The notes below the pieces were generated by a model. It made no database searches, was not told where the DNA came from, and was given only the letters and a program-made list of their open reading frames with translations. Shown here one piece after another: positions 1-15,207 of a stretch of DNA of 64,000 nt (positions are counted from its first letter, which is position 1; each line of letters begins with the position of its first letter). Made by a program: the position numbers and the translations under genes. The stretch is from the human T2T-CHM13v2.0 reference genome, Homo sapiens: the NCBI RefSeq assembly GCF_009914755.1, contig NC_060936.1; one strand, written 5' to 3'.

Positions 1-3000
1 TATCCATTCCCTCAAGCATTTATTCTTTGTGTTACAAGCCATCCAATTGTACTCTTTTAGTTATTTTTAAATGTACAATTAAATTATTATTGACTGTAGT
101 CACCCTGTTGTGCTATCAAATACTAGGTCTTATTAATTCTTTCTAACTATATATTTTTTGCACCCTTAACCATCTCCACTTCCCCCCACCTGCCACAACC
201 CTTCCCAGCCTCTGCTAACCGTCCTTCTACTATCTCCGTGAGTTCAATTGTTTTGATTTTTAGCACCCACAAATAATTGAGAACATGTGGTGATTGTCTT
301 TCTGTGCCTGATGTATTTCACTTAACATAATGACCTCCAGTTCCATCCATGTTGTTGCAAATGACAGGATCTCAGTCTTTTTAGTAGCTCAGTGGTACTC
401 CATTGTATATGTGTGTCACATTTTCTTTACCTAGTCATCTACTGATGGACTTTTAGGTTGATTCCAAATCTTGGTTATTGAGAACAGTGCTTCAGGAAAC
501 ATGGGAGTGCAGATAGTCTCTTTAATATACTGATTTCCTTTCTGTTGGGTATATACCCAGTGGGTTGTTGGGTCATACGGTAGCTCTATTTTTAGTTTTT
601 TGAGGAACCTCCAAACTGTTCTCCACAGTGGCTGTAATAATTTATATTACCACCAGCAGTGTATGAGGGTTCCCTTTTCTCCACATCTTTGCCAGCATTT
701 GTTATTGCTTGTCTTTTGGATAAAAGCCATTTTAATTGGGATGAGATATCTCATTGTAGTTTTGATTTGCATTTCTCTGATGATCAGTGATGTTGAGCAC
801 CTTTTCATATACCTGTTTGCCATTTGTGTGTCTTTTTGAGAAATGTCTATTCAAATCTTTTGCCCATTTTTAAATTGGATTATTAGATTTTATCCTACAG
901 AGTTGTTTGAGCTCCTTATATATTCTACTTATTAATCCTTTGTCAGATGGATTGTTTGCAAATATTTTCTCCCATTCTTTGGGTTGCTCTTCAAGGTGTT
1001 GTTTCCTTTACTGTGCAGAAGCTTTTTAACTTGATATGATCCTATTTATTTTTGATTTGGTTGCTTCTGCTTATGGGGTATTACTCACGAAGCTTTTGCC
1101 CAGACCAATATCCTGGAGAGTTTTCCCAATGTTTTCTTGTAGCAGTTGCATAGTATGAGGTCTTAGATTTAAGTCTTTAATCCATTTTTATTTCATTTTT
1201 ATATATGGTGAGAGATAGGGGTCAAGTTTCATTCTTCTGCATGTGAATACCCAGTTTTCCCAGCAGATTTTATTGAAGAGCCTGTCCTTTCTTCAATCTA
1301 TGTTCTTAGCATGTTTGTTATAAGTGAGTTCACTGTAGTTATCTGGATTTATTTCTGGGTTTTCTTTTCTGTTCCATTGGTCTGTGTCTCTTTTTATGCC
1401 AGTACCATACTGTTTTGGTTGAAGTCAGGTAATTCCTCCAATTTTGTTCTTTTTGCTCAGGATAGCTTTTGACTATTCTCGGTCTTTTGTGATTCTGTAT
1501 AAATTTTAGGATCTTTTTTCCATTTCTATGAAAAACATCATTGGTATTTTGATAAGTATTGCATTGAATCTGTAGATTGCTTTGAGTAGTATGGCCGTTT
1601 TAACAATATTGATTCTTCCAATCCATGCACATGGAATATTTTTCCATTTTTTGGTGTCCTCTTCAATTTTTCATTAGTGTTTTGTTTATTGTAGAGATAT
1701 TTCACTTCTTAGCTTAAGTTAATTCCTAGGTATTTAATTTTATTTGTGACTGCTGTAAATGGGATTACTTTTTATTTCCTTCTCAGATTGTTGGCACAAA
1801 AATGCTACAGATTTTTGTATGTTGATTTTGTGTCCTGAAACTTTACTGAATTTGTTTATCAGCTGTAGTTGTTTTTTTTTTTTTTTTTTTGAGTGTGGGG
1901 TCTTTAGGTTTTTCTAACTATAAGATCGTATCATCTGCAAACAAGAATATTTAACATCCTCCTTTCCAGTTTGGATGCCAAATCTTTCTTTCTCTTGTCT
2001 AATTACTCTAGCTAGGACTTCCAGAACTGTGTTGAATAACAGTGATGAAAGTGGGCATCCTTGTTGTGGTCCAGACCTTAGAGGAAAGGCTTTCAGTTTT
2101 TCCCCATTTGGTATGATACTAGCTGTAGGTCTGTCATCATATGGCTTTTATTATGCTGAGGAGTATTCCTTCTATACCCAGTTTCTTTAGGGTTTTTATC
2201 ACAAAGGGATTTAAATTTTATCAAATGCTTTTTCAACATTAGTTGAAATGATATATACGGTTTTTATACTTCATTCTGTTGATAAGATGTATCACACTGA
2301 TTGATTTGCATATGTTGAAACATCTTTGCATCCCTGGGATAAATCCCAGTTGGTCATGATGAATAACCTTTTAAATGTATTGTTGAATTCAGTTTGCTAG
2401 TATTTTGTTGAGGATTTTTGCATCAACATTCATGAGAGATATTGGTCTGTTGTCTTCATTTTTTGATATGTCTTTGTCTGGTTTTGGTATAATACTGGCC
2501 TCATAGAATGAGTTTGGAAGTAATCCCTCCTCTTCTGTTTTTCAGAATAGTTTGAGTAGGATTGCTATTAGTTCTTTAAATGTTTGGTAGAATTCAGCAG
2601 TGAAGCCCTAGGGTCCCAGGCTTTTCTTTACTGGGAGGCTTTTTATTACGGCTTTGATCTTGTTACTTGTTATTGGTCTGTTCAGGTTTTGTTGTCATAC
2701 AGTTGCTCAGTATGATCCTTTAAATTTCTGTGGTATCAGTTGTAATGTCTCCTTTTTCATCTCTGATTTTATTTGGGTCTTCTCTCTTTTTTTCTTAGTC
2801 TGACTTAAGGTCTGTCAATTTTATTTATCCTTTCAAAAAACCAACTTCAAGTTTTATCTTTTGGTACTGTTTTTGTCATTTCAATTTTATTTATTTCTTC
2901 TGATTTTCATTATTTCTTTTCTTGTACTAATTTCGAGTTGATTTGCACTTGCTTTTTTAGTTCTTTAAGATGCATTGTTAGGTTATTTATTTTATGTTTT

Positions 3001-4398
3001 TCTTCTTTTTTGATGTGGACACTTACAGCTATAAATTTCCCTCTTAAGACTGCTTTCACTGTATCCCATAGGTTTTGGTATTTGTGCTTTCATTATTATT
3101 TTTTTCAAGAAATTTTTCAATTTTCTTCTTAATTTCCTCATTGACCCACTGGTCGGTCATTCAGAAGCATATTATTTAATTTCCATGTGTTTATATTGTT
3201 TCTGAAATTACTCTTGTTATGGATTTCTAGTTTTATTCCATTATGGTCAGAGGAGATGCTTTATGTTATTTCAGGTTTTTTTTTTTAATGTTTTAGGACT
3301 TGTTTTGTGACCTAACATATGATCTATGCTTGAGAATGATCCATCTGCTGAGGAGAATAAAGCAGCTGCTGAATGAGATGTTCTGTAAATATTTATTTGG
3401 TCCATTTGTTCTATAGTGAAGATTAAGTCTGATGTGTCTTTTTTGATTTTCTGTCTGGAAGATCTGACCAATGCTGAAAGTGGGGTGTTGAAGTCTCCAG
3501 CTGTTACTGTATTGGAGTCTCTCTCTCTCTTTAGCTGTATTAATATTTGCTTTATTTATCTGAGCGCTCTAGCATTGGGTGCATATATATTTACAATTTT
3601 TATATCCTTTTGCTGAATTGACCTCTTTATCATTATACAATGACCTTCTTTGTCTCTTCTTATGGGTTTTGTCTTAGAATTCATTTTGTCTGATATAAAT
3701 ATAGCTACTACTGTTCTTTTTCAGTTTCCCATTGGCATGGAATATCTTTTTCCATTCCTATATTTTCAGTCTATGTGTGTCTTCATAGGTGAAGAGTGTT
3801 TCTTGGAGGCAACAGATAATTGGGTCTTGCTTTTTCATCCATTCAGCTACTCTGTGTTTTTTGATTGGAGAATTTACTCTATTTACATTCAGTGTTATAA
3901 TTGATAAATAAGGACTTATTCCTGCCATTTTGTTGTTTTCTGGTTGTTTTTTGGTTGGCTCCTTCTTTCTTTCCTTCCTGTCTTTCTTTTAGTGAAGGTG
4001 ATTTTCTCTGGTGGTATGCTTTAATTTCTTACTTTTTATTTTTTGTGTATCTGTTGTATGTTTTTTGATTTGAGGTTACCATGAGGCTTGCAAATAATAT
4101 AACCCATTATTTTAAACTGATTACGTAAGCAAATGAACTATTAATAGCAAAAAGAAAACTAATAAAAACTCTAACTTTATCCCCTTGCTTTTTAATTTTG
4201 GTTGTTTTTCTTTATGTCTTATTATACTGTCTATGTCTTGAAAAGTTGTAGTTATTAATTTTGATTGGTTCATTGCTTAGTCTTTCTACTTTAATATAAT
4301 ATTTTACATACCATAATTACAGTGTTATAGTATTTTGTGTTTTCCTGTGTACTATTACCAGTGAATTTTGTACCTTCAGATGATTTCTTATTGCTCAT

Positions 4399-4442
4399 TA
4401 AAAGTCAAAAGATTTATACGATCTGAAGGGAAACCAGAATAT
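4399..4442 (-). pseudogene. 3'-truncated (tailless) U5 snRNA retropseudogene
   Basis: Reverse complement ATATTCTGGTTTCCCTTCAGATCGTATAAATCTTTTGACTTTTA matches U5 nt 1-44 (ATACTCTGGTTTCTCTTCAGATCGTATAAATCTTTCGCCTTTTA, recalled) at 40/44. Flanked by the direct repeat TTCTTATTGCTCATTAA at 4385-4401 and 4442-4458. Confidence 0.88.
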
Positions 4443-5774
4443 TCTTATTGCTCATTAACATCCTTTTCTTTCAGACTGAAGAACTCACTTTAGCATTTCT
4501 TGTAGGATGGTCTGGTGTGGATGAAATCCCTCAGTTTTTGTTGTCTGGGAAAATCTTTATTTCTCCTTCATGCTTAAAGGATATTTTCACTGGGTATGCT
4601 ATTCTAGGGCAAAAGTTTTTTTCCTTCAGCACTTTAAATGCCATGTCACTCTCTCCTGGCCTGTAAGGTTTCCACTGAAAAATTTGCTGCCAGACATACT
4701 GGAGCTCCATTGTATATTATTTGTTTCTTTTCTCTTGCTGCTTTTAGGATCCTTTCTTTATCCTTGACCTTTGGGAGTTTATTAAATGTCTTGAGGTAGT
4801 GTTCTTTGGGTTAAATCTGCTAGTGTTTTATAACCTTCTTGTACTTGAATATTGGTATCTTTCTCTAGGTTTGGGAAGTTCTGTGATAATACCCCTTTGA
4901 ATAAACTTTCTATCCCCATCTCTCTCTCTCTCTGCCTCCTTTAAGGCCAATAACTCTTAGGTTTACCCTTTTGAGGCTATTTTCTAGATCCTTTAGGTGT
5001 GCTTCGTTGTTTTTTATCTTTTCTTTTCTCTACTCTGTATTTTCAAGTAGTCCTTCCTTGAAGCTCAGTAATTCTTTCTTCTGCTTGATCAGTTCTGCTA
5101 TTAAGAGACCCTGATGCATTCTTCAGTATGTCAATTGCATTTCTCAACTCTAGAATTTCTGCTTGATTCTTTTAAATAATTTCAGTCTCTTTGTTAAATT
5201 TGTCTGATAGTATTCTTTCTCTGTGTTATCTTGAATTTATTTGAGTTTCCAAAACACAGCTATTTTAAATTCTCTGTCTGAAAGGTCACATATCTCTGTT
5301 TCTTCAGGATTGGTGCCTGGTACCTTATTGGTGAGGTCGTGTTTTCCTGGATGGTCTTGATGCTTGTAAATGTTCCAGTGTCTAGGCATTGAAGAGTTAG
5401 GCATTTATTGTAGTCTTTGCAGTCTGGACTTGTTGTGTCCATTGTTCTTGGGAAGGCTTTTCAGATATTCAAAGGGACTTGGGCCCCAAACCCAATAATG
5501 CCATGGTTCTCGCAGACTTATAGAGGTACCACCTTAGTGATCTTGGATAAGGTCTGGAAGAATTCTCTGCATTACCAGGTAGAGATTCTTGTGTGTGCGT
5601 GTGGGTTTTTTTCTTTACTTTATCCCAAACAAATGGAGTATCTCCCTTTGTGCTGGGCCTCCTGGATCTGGGGATGGGGGGACACAAGTACCCCTGTGGC
5701 CACCACCACTGAGACTGCACTGTTTCACACCTGAAGCCAGCACAGCACTGGGTCTCGCCCAAGACCTGCTGTAA

Positions 5775-6210
<436 letters not shown>

Positions 6211-8387
6211 TGAAGTCTTAAACCTTAGAAATTTACCTGATGTTCTGTTTTACTGCAGTGAAGCCAGCACTCAGACCACAAGCCAAAATCCTTCCCACTC
6301 TTTCTTCCTCTTTTTCTGGGCAGAGAAGCCTCTCCCTGTGGCTACTACCACCACTGGCCCATGTGGGTTTCTGCCAGGCCACTGCTAACAGAACCCAAGG
6401 GCTCTTTAGTCAGCTTGTGGTGAATGCTGCCAGGCCTGGGATTCACCCTTCAGGGCAGTGGCCTCCCCTCTGGCCCAGGCCAGTTCCAGAAATGCTGACC
6501 AAGAGCCTAGGCCTGAAGCTGGGGACCCCTCAGAGCTTGCTTGGTGCTCTACTCTACTGTGGCTGAGTTGGCCCCTAAGGCACAAGACTAGAGTCTGCTT
6601 TACTTTTCCCCCTGCCTTTCTCAAACAGGAGGAGTCTTTCATTGTAGCTACCAATACTGGGAATATATTCAGTCCCACCTGAAGCTAGCATGTCTCAGAG
6701 CTCAACACCCATGGCATATTACCTGGGTATCACTGCTGGTTATTCGGGGCCCAGGGGTTCTTTACGCAGCAGGTGATGAATCCTGCCAGGTCACTACTGT
6801 GACAAGGCAGCACTGAGTTCAGTGTAAAGTCCTCCAGTTGCTGCGCTCCCTGTCTCCCAAGTGCACAGCTTTCTTTGCACCTTATGGCTGCTGCCAGGGG
6901 ATGGGGGAGGGGTGGTACAAGCACACGCTTAGCCACCCTGGTTGATGTCTCAGTAGGTCATATGCCCCTCCCCTCTGGTCCACTGGCTCTGTCTGAGTCC
7001 AGCTCAGCACTGGGCTTGCCTAGGACTTGGAATTCTTGTGGCCTAGACTGCCCCTCAAGTTCGCTTAGGTCCTCAGAGCACTCCAGTTTGTGGTAGCAAG
7101 GCTTGTCTTAACTCAAGCTCTGATTACTTTAATGGGTGAGTCCCCTCTAGCTGGGGTTGGTCCAAATGCTTTCTCTATGGGCAGACATCAGCTACTAAAG
7201 CCTGGTTCTGCCTTCTGCTGAACCAGAACAGCAGTGAGTTCAATGTAAAGCCTCAAAATCACTGTGCTCTCCCCCTCCCAAATACACAGATGTTCTGTGC
7301 CATGTGGTTGCTGCTGGAAGATGGAGGAAGGGGTGGGCAATTTAAGACTGTCTTTCCTGCCCTCTTCAATGTCTCTCTCAGTGATACGAAATTAAAACCA
7401 GATTGCTCATTTGATTTTTTATTCTTGTAATGGTGCTTTTTGTGTGTAGCTAGTTGTTAAAATTTGATGTTCCTATGGGTAAGACGAATGGCGTAGGTTT
7501 GTATGCGGCTATCTCGCTCTGCCCCCTAAAGCACATCTTTTGATACATAGTTCTACTTGTAGCAGTTTATTCTGAGAAAATAATCAGAAGTTTATGAAAG
7601 TGATAGTACAAAAATTAGGAACAACCTAAATGTTTATCAACAGAGAAATTGTTAAAAATTAATTATGGTAACCAGACACGTTGGAATATTATACATTCAT
7701 TGGAAACAATTTTTTAAATATGTTATTTTGAACCCCAGATGATGTCTACAACATATCATTTCATGTATATGCACACATACACACACAAATCAAATTGAAG
7801 AATAGTTTATGTGACATTTTGTAGATACAAATATGTGTGTAGTTGTGCATAGAGATGTCTTGCCAAAATGTGGGTGAGAGGATTTCAGTTGATAGTTTGT
7901 ATTTTGCTATTGGTTTGATTTTTTTTTTTTGCAATGATTGTCTATTCTGTATTCAATGAGGAAAAAAAAACTCCTAACGTTATTTTAGTTTTGGAAATAA
8001 ATAGTAACAGGAAGGATATACAAGGAACTGGTAATAGTGGTTAACTCTAGGGAGAGAGAGGAACTGGGGGTAGGTGAGAGAAAGACTTAATATCCTACTG
8101 TACCTACTGCATTAACAAAGATCATATTCATGAATTGCTTATTCAAGTAAAAATTTAAACCAAACCAAAACAAAAAAATCTCTCAGTCTCAGCAGAATTA
8201 TCTAAATACTCTTGGAGCAGATAGTAAAAAAAATTAAGATTCTGTGAAACTTAGATCATCAGTTTTCAAAGAACTTTAATTAAGAAGGAACAACTACTTC
8301 CTTATTTGATAGTCTCCTCAAGAAACTCAGAACCATCTTTATTAATCTGCGTGGAAGGAAGTAAGCAAAAATGGGTGTCTGTGATTC

Positions 8388-8682
8388 TTTTTTTTTTTTT
8401 TTTTGAGAAAGAGTCTTGCTCTGTTGCCCAGGTTGGAGTACAGTGGCACGATCATAGCTTACTGTATCCTGGAACTACTGGGCTCAAGTGATCCTCTCAC
8501 CTCAGCCTCCTGAGCAGCTGGGACTTTAGCTACATGCAACCACGTCTGGCTAATATTAAAAGAAATATTTTGTAGAGATGAGGTCACACTGTTTCCCAGG
8601 CTGGTCTTGAACTCCTAGCCTCAAGCAATCCTGCTTCAGCCTCCGAAAGTACTGGGATTACAAGTGAGTCATCATACTCATC
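8388..8682 (-). mobile_element. AluJ-like SINE
   Basis: Poly-T followed by a diverged dimeric Alu (GGGCTCAAGTGATCCTC, CCTCAAGCAATCC J-type motifs). Confidence 0.9.
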
Positions 8683-8902
8683 TCTTAACTTTTAACATAG
8701 CAAGAATTTGAGGTTTATATTGAACTATGTGTAGAGAGACATAACATTGAGATGTGCTTTGCAATTATTAGGCTGTCAGTTTTTATTTTAATTAAGATTC
8801 TTGTTTCATTTTAAAAAGAAAGAGGTGAGAGATGTTTGATCTTACTGCTAATTTTGACCAAATCATTTTTCTAGGAATCATTTTCTGGAATATACTTTAA
8901 AG

Positions 8903-9234
8903 CAGCAGTCCCCAGTCTTTTTGGCACCAGGTACCAGTTTCATGGAAGACAGTTTTTCCACAGATTTGGGCGGGGGTGGTTTTGGGATGTAACTACTCCA
9001 CCTCAGATCATCAGCCATTAGATTCTCATAAGGAGCACGCAACCTAGATCTCTTGCATGCACAGTTCACAATAGGGTTCAAGCTCCTGTGAGAATCTGAT
9101 GCCATCGCTGATCTGACAGGCAGAGCTCAGGTGGTAATGCTTGCTTACCCACTACTCACCTCCTGCTGTGTGGCCTGATTGCTAACAGGCCACAGACCGG
9201 TACCAGTCTGTGGCCCAGGGGTTGGGGACCTCTG
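8903..9234. mobile_element. MER1B-like hAT/Charlie MITE
   Basis: Starts CAGCAGTCCCCAGTCTTTTTGGCACCAGG and ends GGGGACCTCTG (terminal inverted repeats). Perfect 8-bp TSD CTTTAAAG at 8895-8902 and 9235-9242, typical of hAT elements; 332 bp. Confidence 0.88.
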
Positions 9235-9399
9235 CTTTAAAGTAAAATAAAATAGTTTTCAAAACTATCTTTTTTCTCTAAAATTGTGTACTTTTTGGTT
9301 ACAGGTGATGGATTGAACATTTATTTAGCAATATCAAAATGAATGTTTAATGAAAGTATCCTTGATACATTTTTGAAATTATTCTTTTGTCTTTTCCAG

Positions 9400-9541
9400 A
9401 ATTTTCCAATGAGAAAAGTGCCCTGTAAGAAAGATGCTGCATCAGGTTCATTCTTTGCTCGGGACAATACCGCAAACTTCCTTCACTGGTGTAGGGACAT
9501 TGGGGTTGATGAAACTTACCTCTTTGAATCTGAAGGTTTAG
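9400..9541 (+). CDS. GAS2L3: GAS2-like protein 3, internal coding exon (calponin-homology domain)
   Basis: Polypyrimidine tract plus CAG acceptor, GTAAGT donor; 142 nt (phase 0 to 1). Encodes [47 protein letters not shown], containing the GAS2-family CH motifs FFARDN and LFESEGL. Confidence 0.96.
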
Positions 9542-10197
9542 GTAAGTGATGTTCTTGTCATTCTTGTTTTTAATGCTTACTAGGATGTTTTAATATCCTT
9601 CACCTCTAATTTTTCTTTCCAAATAAGGACTCAAATGCCTCATCTCATTTTCCTAGAAAAATGTATACTTTGAATATATGTAGAATTATTGGAGAATCAG
9701 ATACTAAATCAAATATATTAACCTTTTCACTTAAAGATTTTATGTGTCTAGAATGTCCTAAAATTCTGAATTCCTAAATGAGTTGGCTACAGGAAGGTTC
9801 TGGACTAATGCTTTAGTAATTGATATTTTCATTAAGAATTACTCCACCAAGCCTAAAAAGTAGTAACTTCCCTTTAACCGGATAATTACGGAAATGACAG
9901 GAGGCCTAATAATGTATTATCACGGTGTTTAGCTTTACCTTACAAACAACAGCTGCCAACTTGATTATCTAATGGATTAATATTTTTGACAATTCATTTT
10001 GAGGAGTCATGCTCTGTTGAAGAATTATTGACGTATTTTCTCATTTCCTTGAAGTCAACAGAAGCATCTGTGCAGTGACTAAAGCGGTAGCTATTTAAGT
10101 TTTATACTATATTTGAAAGCATTTATATATGTGTACATACACACACACACCCACCACCCCACCCCCACACATTGAATTCATAATGTGATAAGTGCAG

Positions 10198-10400
10198 CAG
10201 TGTACCAAGGGCAGGGCTGTGGGAGTTGTCTGCCCTGGTAGAAGTTTTATCACTGACATAGTTTAGGATTGCTGGTTTGTGGTGATAGTAAAAAGCAAAC
10301 TGACTTTTTGTTGGTTGTATTATTTTAAAATTCTCTACTGACAGTACACACCCTTATTGCCCTCACACAGGGTAAGCGGCCTCCTGTTTGCTCTGCATCT
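10198..10400. mobile_element. MER97-like (hAT-Tip100) MITE remnant
   Basis: CAGTGTACCAAGGGCAGGGCTGTGGGAG start, with internal TTTTATCACTGACA...AAATTCTCTAC...ACCCTTATTGCC resembling the recalled MER97 consensus; ends approximate. Confidence 0.55.
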
Positions 10401-10841
10401 GGGCACCCCTATCCAGTGTAGAGCAAGCATGGGATGCTATTTTATCCCTCTGTTTGCACCTTGCTTTAGATCCAGATGGGCTGATCATTATTGACAGTGT
10501 AGTTGATGTAATGGCACATCTACTTTCTAAAGATCAAAACAAAGTGGAAATGCTTTGAATTCTCTAGTTTCTAGTTTATTATTTCTGAAAGGACATAAGA
10601 TTGTTGTATATTTCTCATTTTCAGTAGAAGGCATCTTCTCACTCTCCTGAAGGTCAGTATAGGACTAAGTAAAGCACTGCCAATACCAGTAATTCATTTT
10701 GAGGCATTGAACCGATAAGCTAATGTTTTTACTCTCCAGAGGTCTCAAAGATGAGCCTCTTAATTTTTTACACTTTGCTAGCAACTCAAAGCTATTTTAT
10801 GAAACAAATATACTATTTTAAGGAACTTAGAAGATATTTAG

Positions 10842-11293
<452 letters not shown>

Positions 11294-11538
11294 AACAATT
11301 ACTATTTCTATTGAGGGAATCAGGGCACATGCAATTCATGCACATATTGCACATGATTAGGTTAGAATTCAGAAGTTTCCTAGAGTTTCTAACTTTAAGG
11401 ACTGCAACAGAAAAGGAGATGATCCACAACTACTATATCATTGCATTTAGCATGTGTTCTATGATCAGGCCTTTTTAAAAATTGTTTTAAGGATCTCTGT
11501 TTACCTTTATATTGCATTTCCTTTTATATTTATTTTTA

Positions 11539-11871
<333 letters not shown>

Positions 11872-11899
11872 TTACTATCTTAACCATGTAACCATTTTT

Positions 11900-14770
11900 A
11901 AGTGTATTAGGTTTCTTTTGTAGTAGCATAAAAATTGAGATATGCTGTACATAATCTAAAATTCACAATTTTAAAATGTACATTTCAGTGGTTTTTAGTA
12001 TATTCACTATGTTGTACAATCATTACTACTATCTAATTTCAGAACATTTCTGGAAAATCTGTACCTATTAGCAATTAGTCCCAGTTATTCTCCTACCCCA
12101 TGCCAAGGCAAACTCTGTTCTCTGTCTCTATGGATTTGCATATTCTGGATGTTTCATATAAATGGAATCATACAATATGTGGCATTTTGTGTCTGTTTCT
12201 TTTAGTTAGCACAGTGGTTCATTTATGTTGTAGCATGTAACAGTACTTAATTCCTTTTTATGGTAGACTAATATTCCATCGTATAGATATGCCATATTTT
12301 TTTAAGCCATTCATCAGCTAGTGGGCATTTGGATTGTTTCCACTCTGGCTATTATGAATAATGTTGCTCTGAACATTTGTGTACAAATTTTGAAGTAAAC
12401 ATATTTCTTAATTCTCTCAGATATATACCTAAGAGTGGAATTTCTAGGTCATATGGTAATAATTCTGTTTATCTTTTTGAGGAGCTGTTTTCAAAGTGGC
12501 TGCACCATTTTACATTTCTGCCAGCAGTGCCCAATGTTCCAATTTCTCCACATCTTTGTCAATACTTATTTGCCTGTTTTTGTTTTTATTATAACCATCC
12601 TAGTGGGTGTGAAGTAGTATTTTGTTGTGGTTTTGATTCGCGTTTCCCTAAGGATATTGAACATCTTTTTATATACTTGTTAACCACTTGTATAACTTCT
12701 TTGGAGACTATCTATTCAAATCCTTTGCCTATTTTAAAAATTGGGTCATTTACCCTTTTTGTCAACTTGCAAGAATTCTTTATATATTCTAGATACTAGG
12801 CCATATTAGATAAGATTTGCAAATATTTTCTCCTAGCCTTTGGGTTATTTTTTTACTTTCTTGATAGTGTCCTTTGATATACGAAAGTTTTAAATTTTGG
12901 TGACATTTAATTTATCTATTTTTCTTTTGCTTGTCCATACTTTTGGTCATTTAAAAATCCATTGCCTAATTAAAGTCATATATATTTTTAACATTTTTTT
13001 CTATAAATGTTACAGTTTGTGCCTCTTACTTTTAGGTCATTGATCTATTTTAAGTTAATTTTTGTATATGGTGGGAGGTAGGGGTTCAAATTCATTCTTT
13101 TGCATGTGGATGTCCAGTTGTGCCAACACCATTTGTTGAAAAGCCTGTTCTCTCCTTATTGAATTGTCTTAGCATCTTGTTGAAATTAATTGTACATAAA
13201 TGTATGGGTTTATTTCTGGACACTCATTTCCATTCCATTGGTCTGTACATCTATCCCTATGCCAGTGATACACTGTCTTGATTACTGTAGCTTATAGTAA
13301 GTTTTGAAATTGGGAGGTGTGGGTCTCCAAATTTGTTCTTTTTCTAGATTGGTTAGGCTTTTCTGTGCCCTTTGGAATCCCATACTAATTTGATCATCAG
13401 CTTTTCCATTTCTGGAAAAAAAAAGGGGTGTTGTAATTTTGATAAGGATTACACTGAATCTGTAGGTCAGTTGGGGGAATGTTGCTATCTTAACAAGTTG
13501 TCTTCCAATCCATGAACATGAGATGTCTTTATTTATAATCTTTTAAAATTTCATTCAACAGTGTTTTATAGTTTTCAGTGTACAAGTATTACAATTCTGT
13601 GATTAGGTTTACTTCTAAGTACTTTTTCTTTTTGAAGCCATTGTAAGTGTAATTATTTTCGTTTCATTTTCAGACTGTTCATTTCTAGTGTATGCAACTA
13701 ATTTTTGTGTATTGATGTTATCTCCCACAACTTTGAACTTGCTTATTAGCTCTAACAGTTATTTTGTAGATTCTTCAGGGTTTTCTTCTACACATAGGAT
13801 TATGTTACCTGTTTTTTGTTTTTTTGTTTTTGTTTTTGTTGCTTTGTTTTTTGAGACAGGGTCTCACTCTGTCACCCAGGACTGGAGTATAATGGCACGA
13901 TAATAGCTCACTGTAGTCTTGAACTCATGGATTCAGTTCATCCTCCTGCCTCAGCCTCTTGAGTATCTGGGATTACAAGTGTGCACCACCATGCCTAGCT
14001 AATTAAAAAAACAAACAAACAAAAAAACTGTAGAAACAGGGTCTCACTTTGTTGCCCAGGCTGGTCTCAAACTCCTAGCCTCAAGCGATCTTCCCGCCTC
14101 AGTCTCCCAAAGTGCTAGGATTATAGGTGTGAGCCACCATGTCTGGCCTATGTTATCTGTTAATAGAGGTAGTTTTCCTTCTTCCTTTCTAGTCTATATA
14201 TGATTTATTTATTTTTCTTGCATAAATGCCATGGCTACATCCTCCAATACAATGCTGAATAGAAATAATAAGAGTGGACATCCTTGTCTTTTCCTGGTCT
14301 TGAGGGGGAGACTTGCAGTCTTTTACCTTTAAGAATGATAATGGTTGTGGGTTTTTCCTAGATGCCCTTTTATCAGATTGAGAAACTTTCTTTTTTCTTC
14401 CTAGTTTGTTCAGTCTTTTTTTTTTTTTAATCATGAAATGGTTGGATTTTGTGAAATACTTCTTTGTCTCTTGAGATAATTGGGTTTTTTTCCTTTATTC
14501 TGCTAATAGTATATTGCATTGGGTTGATTTTCTTATATTGAACTATTTCTGGCATAAATGCCACTTGCATGGTATATAATCCTTCTATATGCTGCCAGAT
14601 TTGGTTTGCCAGTATTTCATTGAGGATTTTTGTATCTATATTCATAAGACATATTGGGTTTTAGTTTTCTTATGATATCTTCATTTGGCTACCTTTGATA
14701 TCAGGGTAATGCTGTCATCCTAGAATGGGTTAGAAAGTACTTTCTCCTCTTTGTAAGAGTTTGAGAAAGG
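11900..14770 (-). mobile_element. Old L1 (L1MB/L1MC-like) 3' portion, interrupted by an AluJ
   Basis: L1M-type 3' UTR and degenerate ORF2; 14427-14645 reads [16 protein letters not shown], an L1 RT-region motif. Confidence 0.85.
13811..14148 (-). mobile_element. AluJ-like SINE nested in the L1
   Basis: (GTTTTT)n tail, GAGACAGGGTCTCACTCTG, J-type motifs; flanked by the TATGTTA(C/T)CTGTT direct repeat. Confidence 0.9.
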
Positions 14771-15143
14771 TATTAACACATAATTCAATGCTAAAGATAG
14801 CTTAAAATAAAATTGCGGTACTATATATCTTTTAATGGTATCTCTTGTTGAAAGATCTGAAACATAAGCAATGTTACTAAGCCCTCAATTTTTTAGACTT
14901 CAAATGCTGTGCAAATAAAGGTCCATGGTAATTTTTCATTCTGTTCTTATTAGCTGTTTTTTTTAAACTAATTTGTTGAAGATAATAAGTAGAAAAAATA
15001 AAAGTGTCTTTTCTTCATTTTTTCTAAACAAGTAAACCTGCTGTCTTCATTATTCTTTTTTATTTAACTCTCTTCTTCCATGCCAGAAATATGTTTCCAT
15101 ACTTAATTTTGCTGTATAAAATAAGTGGTTTTATTTTCCACAG

Positions 15144-15207
15144 TTTTGCACAAAGATCCAAGACAGGTGTATCTTTGTCTTCTTGAAATTGGTCGAATTG
15201 TGTCAAG
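15144..15207 (+). CDS. GAS2L3: GAS2-like protein 3, 64-nt coding exon (end of CH domain)
   Basis: TTTTCCACAG acceptor, GTATGT donor. Phase 1 to 2 gives (V)LHKDPRQVYLCLLEIGRIVS(R). Too short for the ORF track, but required for frame continuity. Confidence 0.95.
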
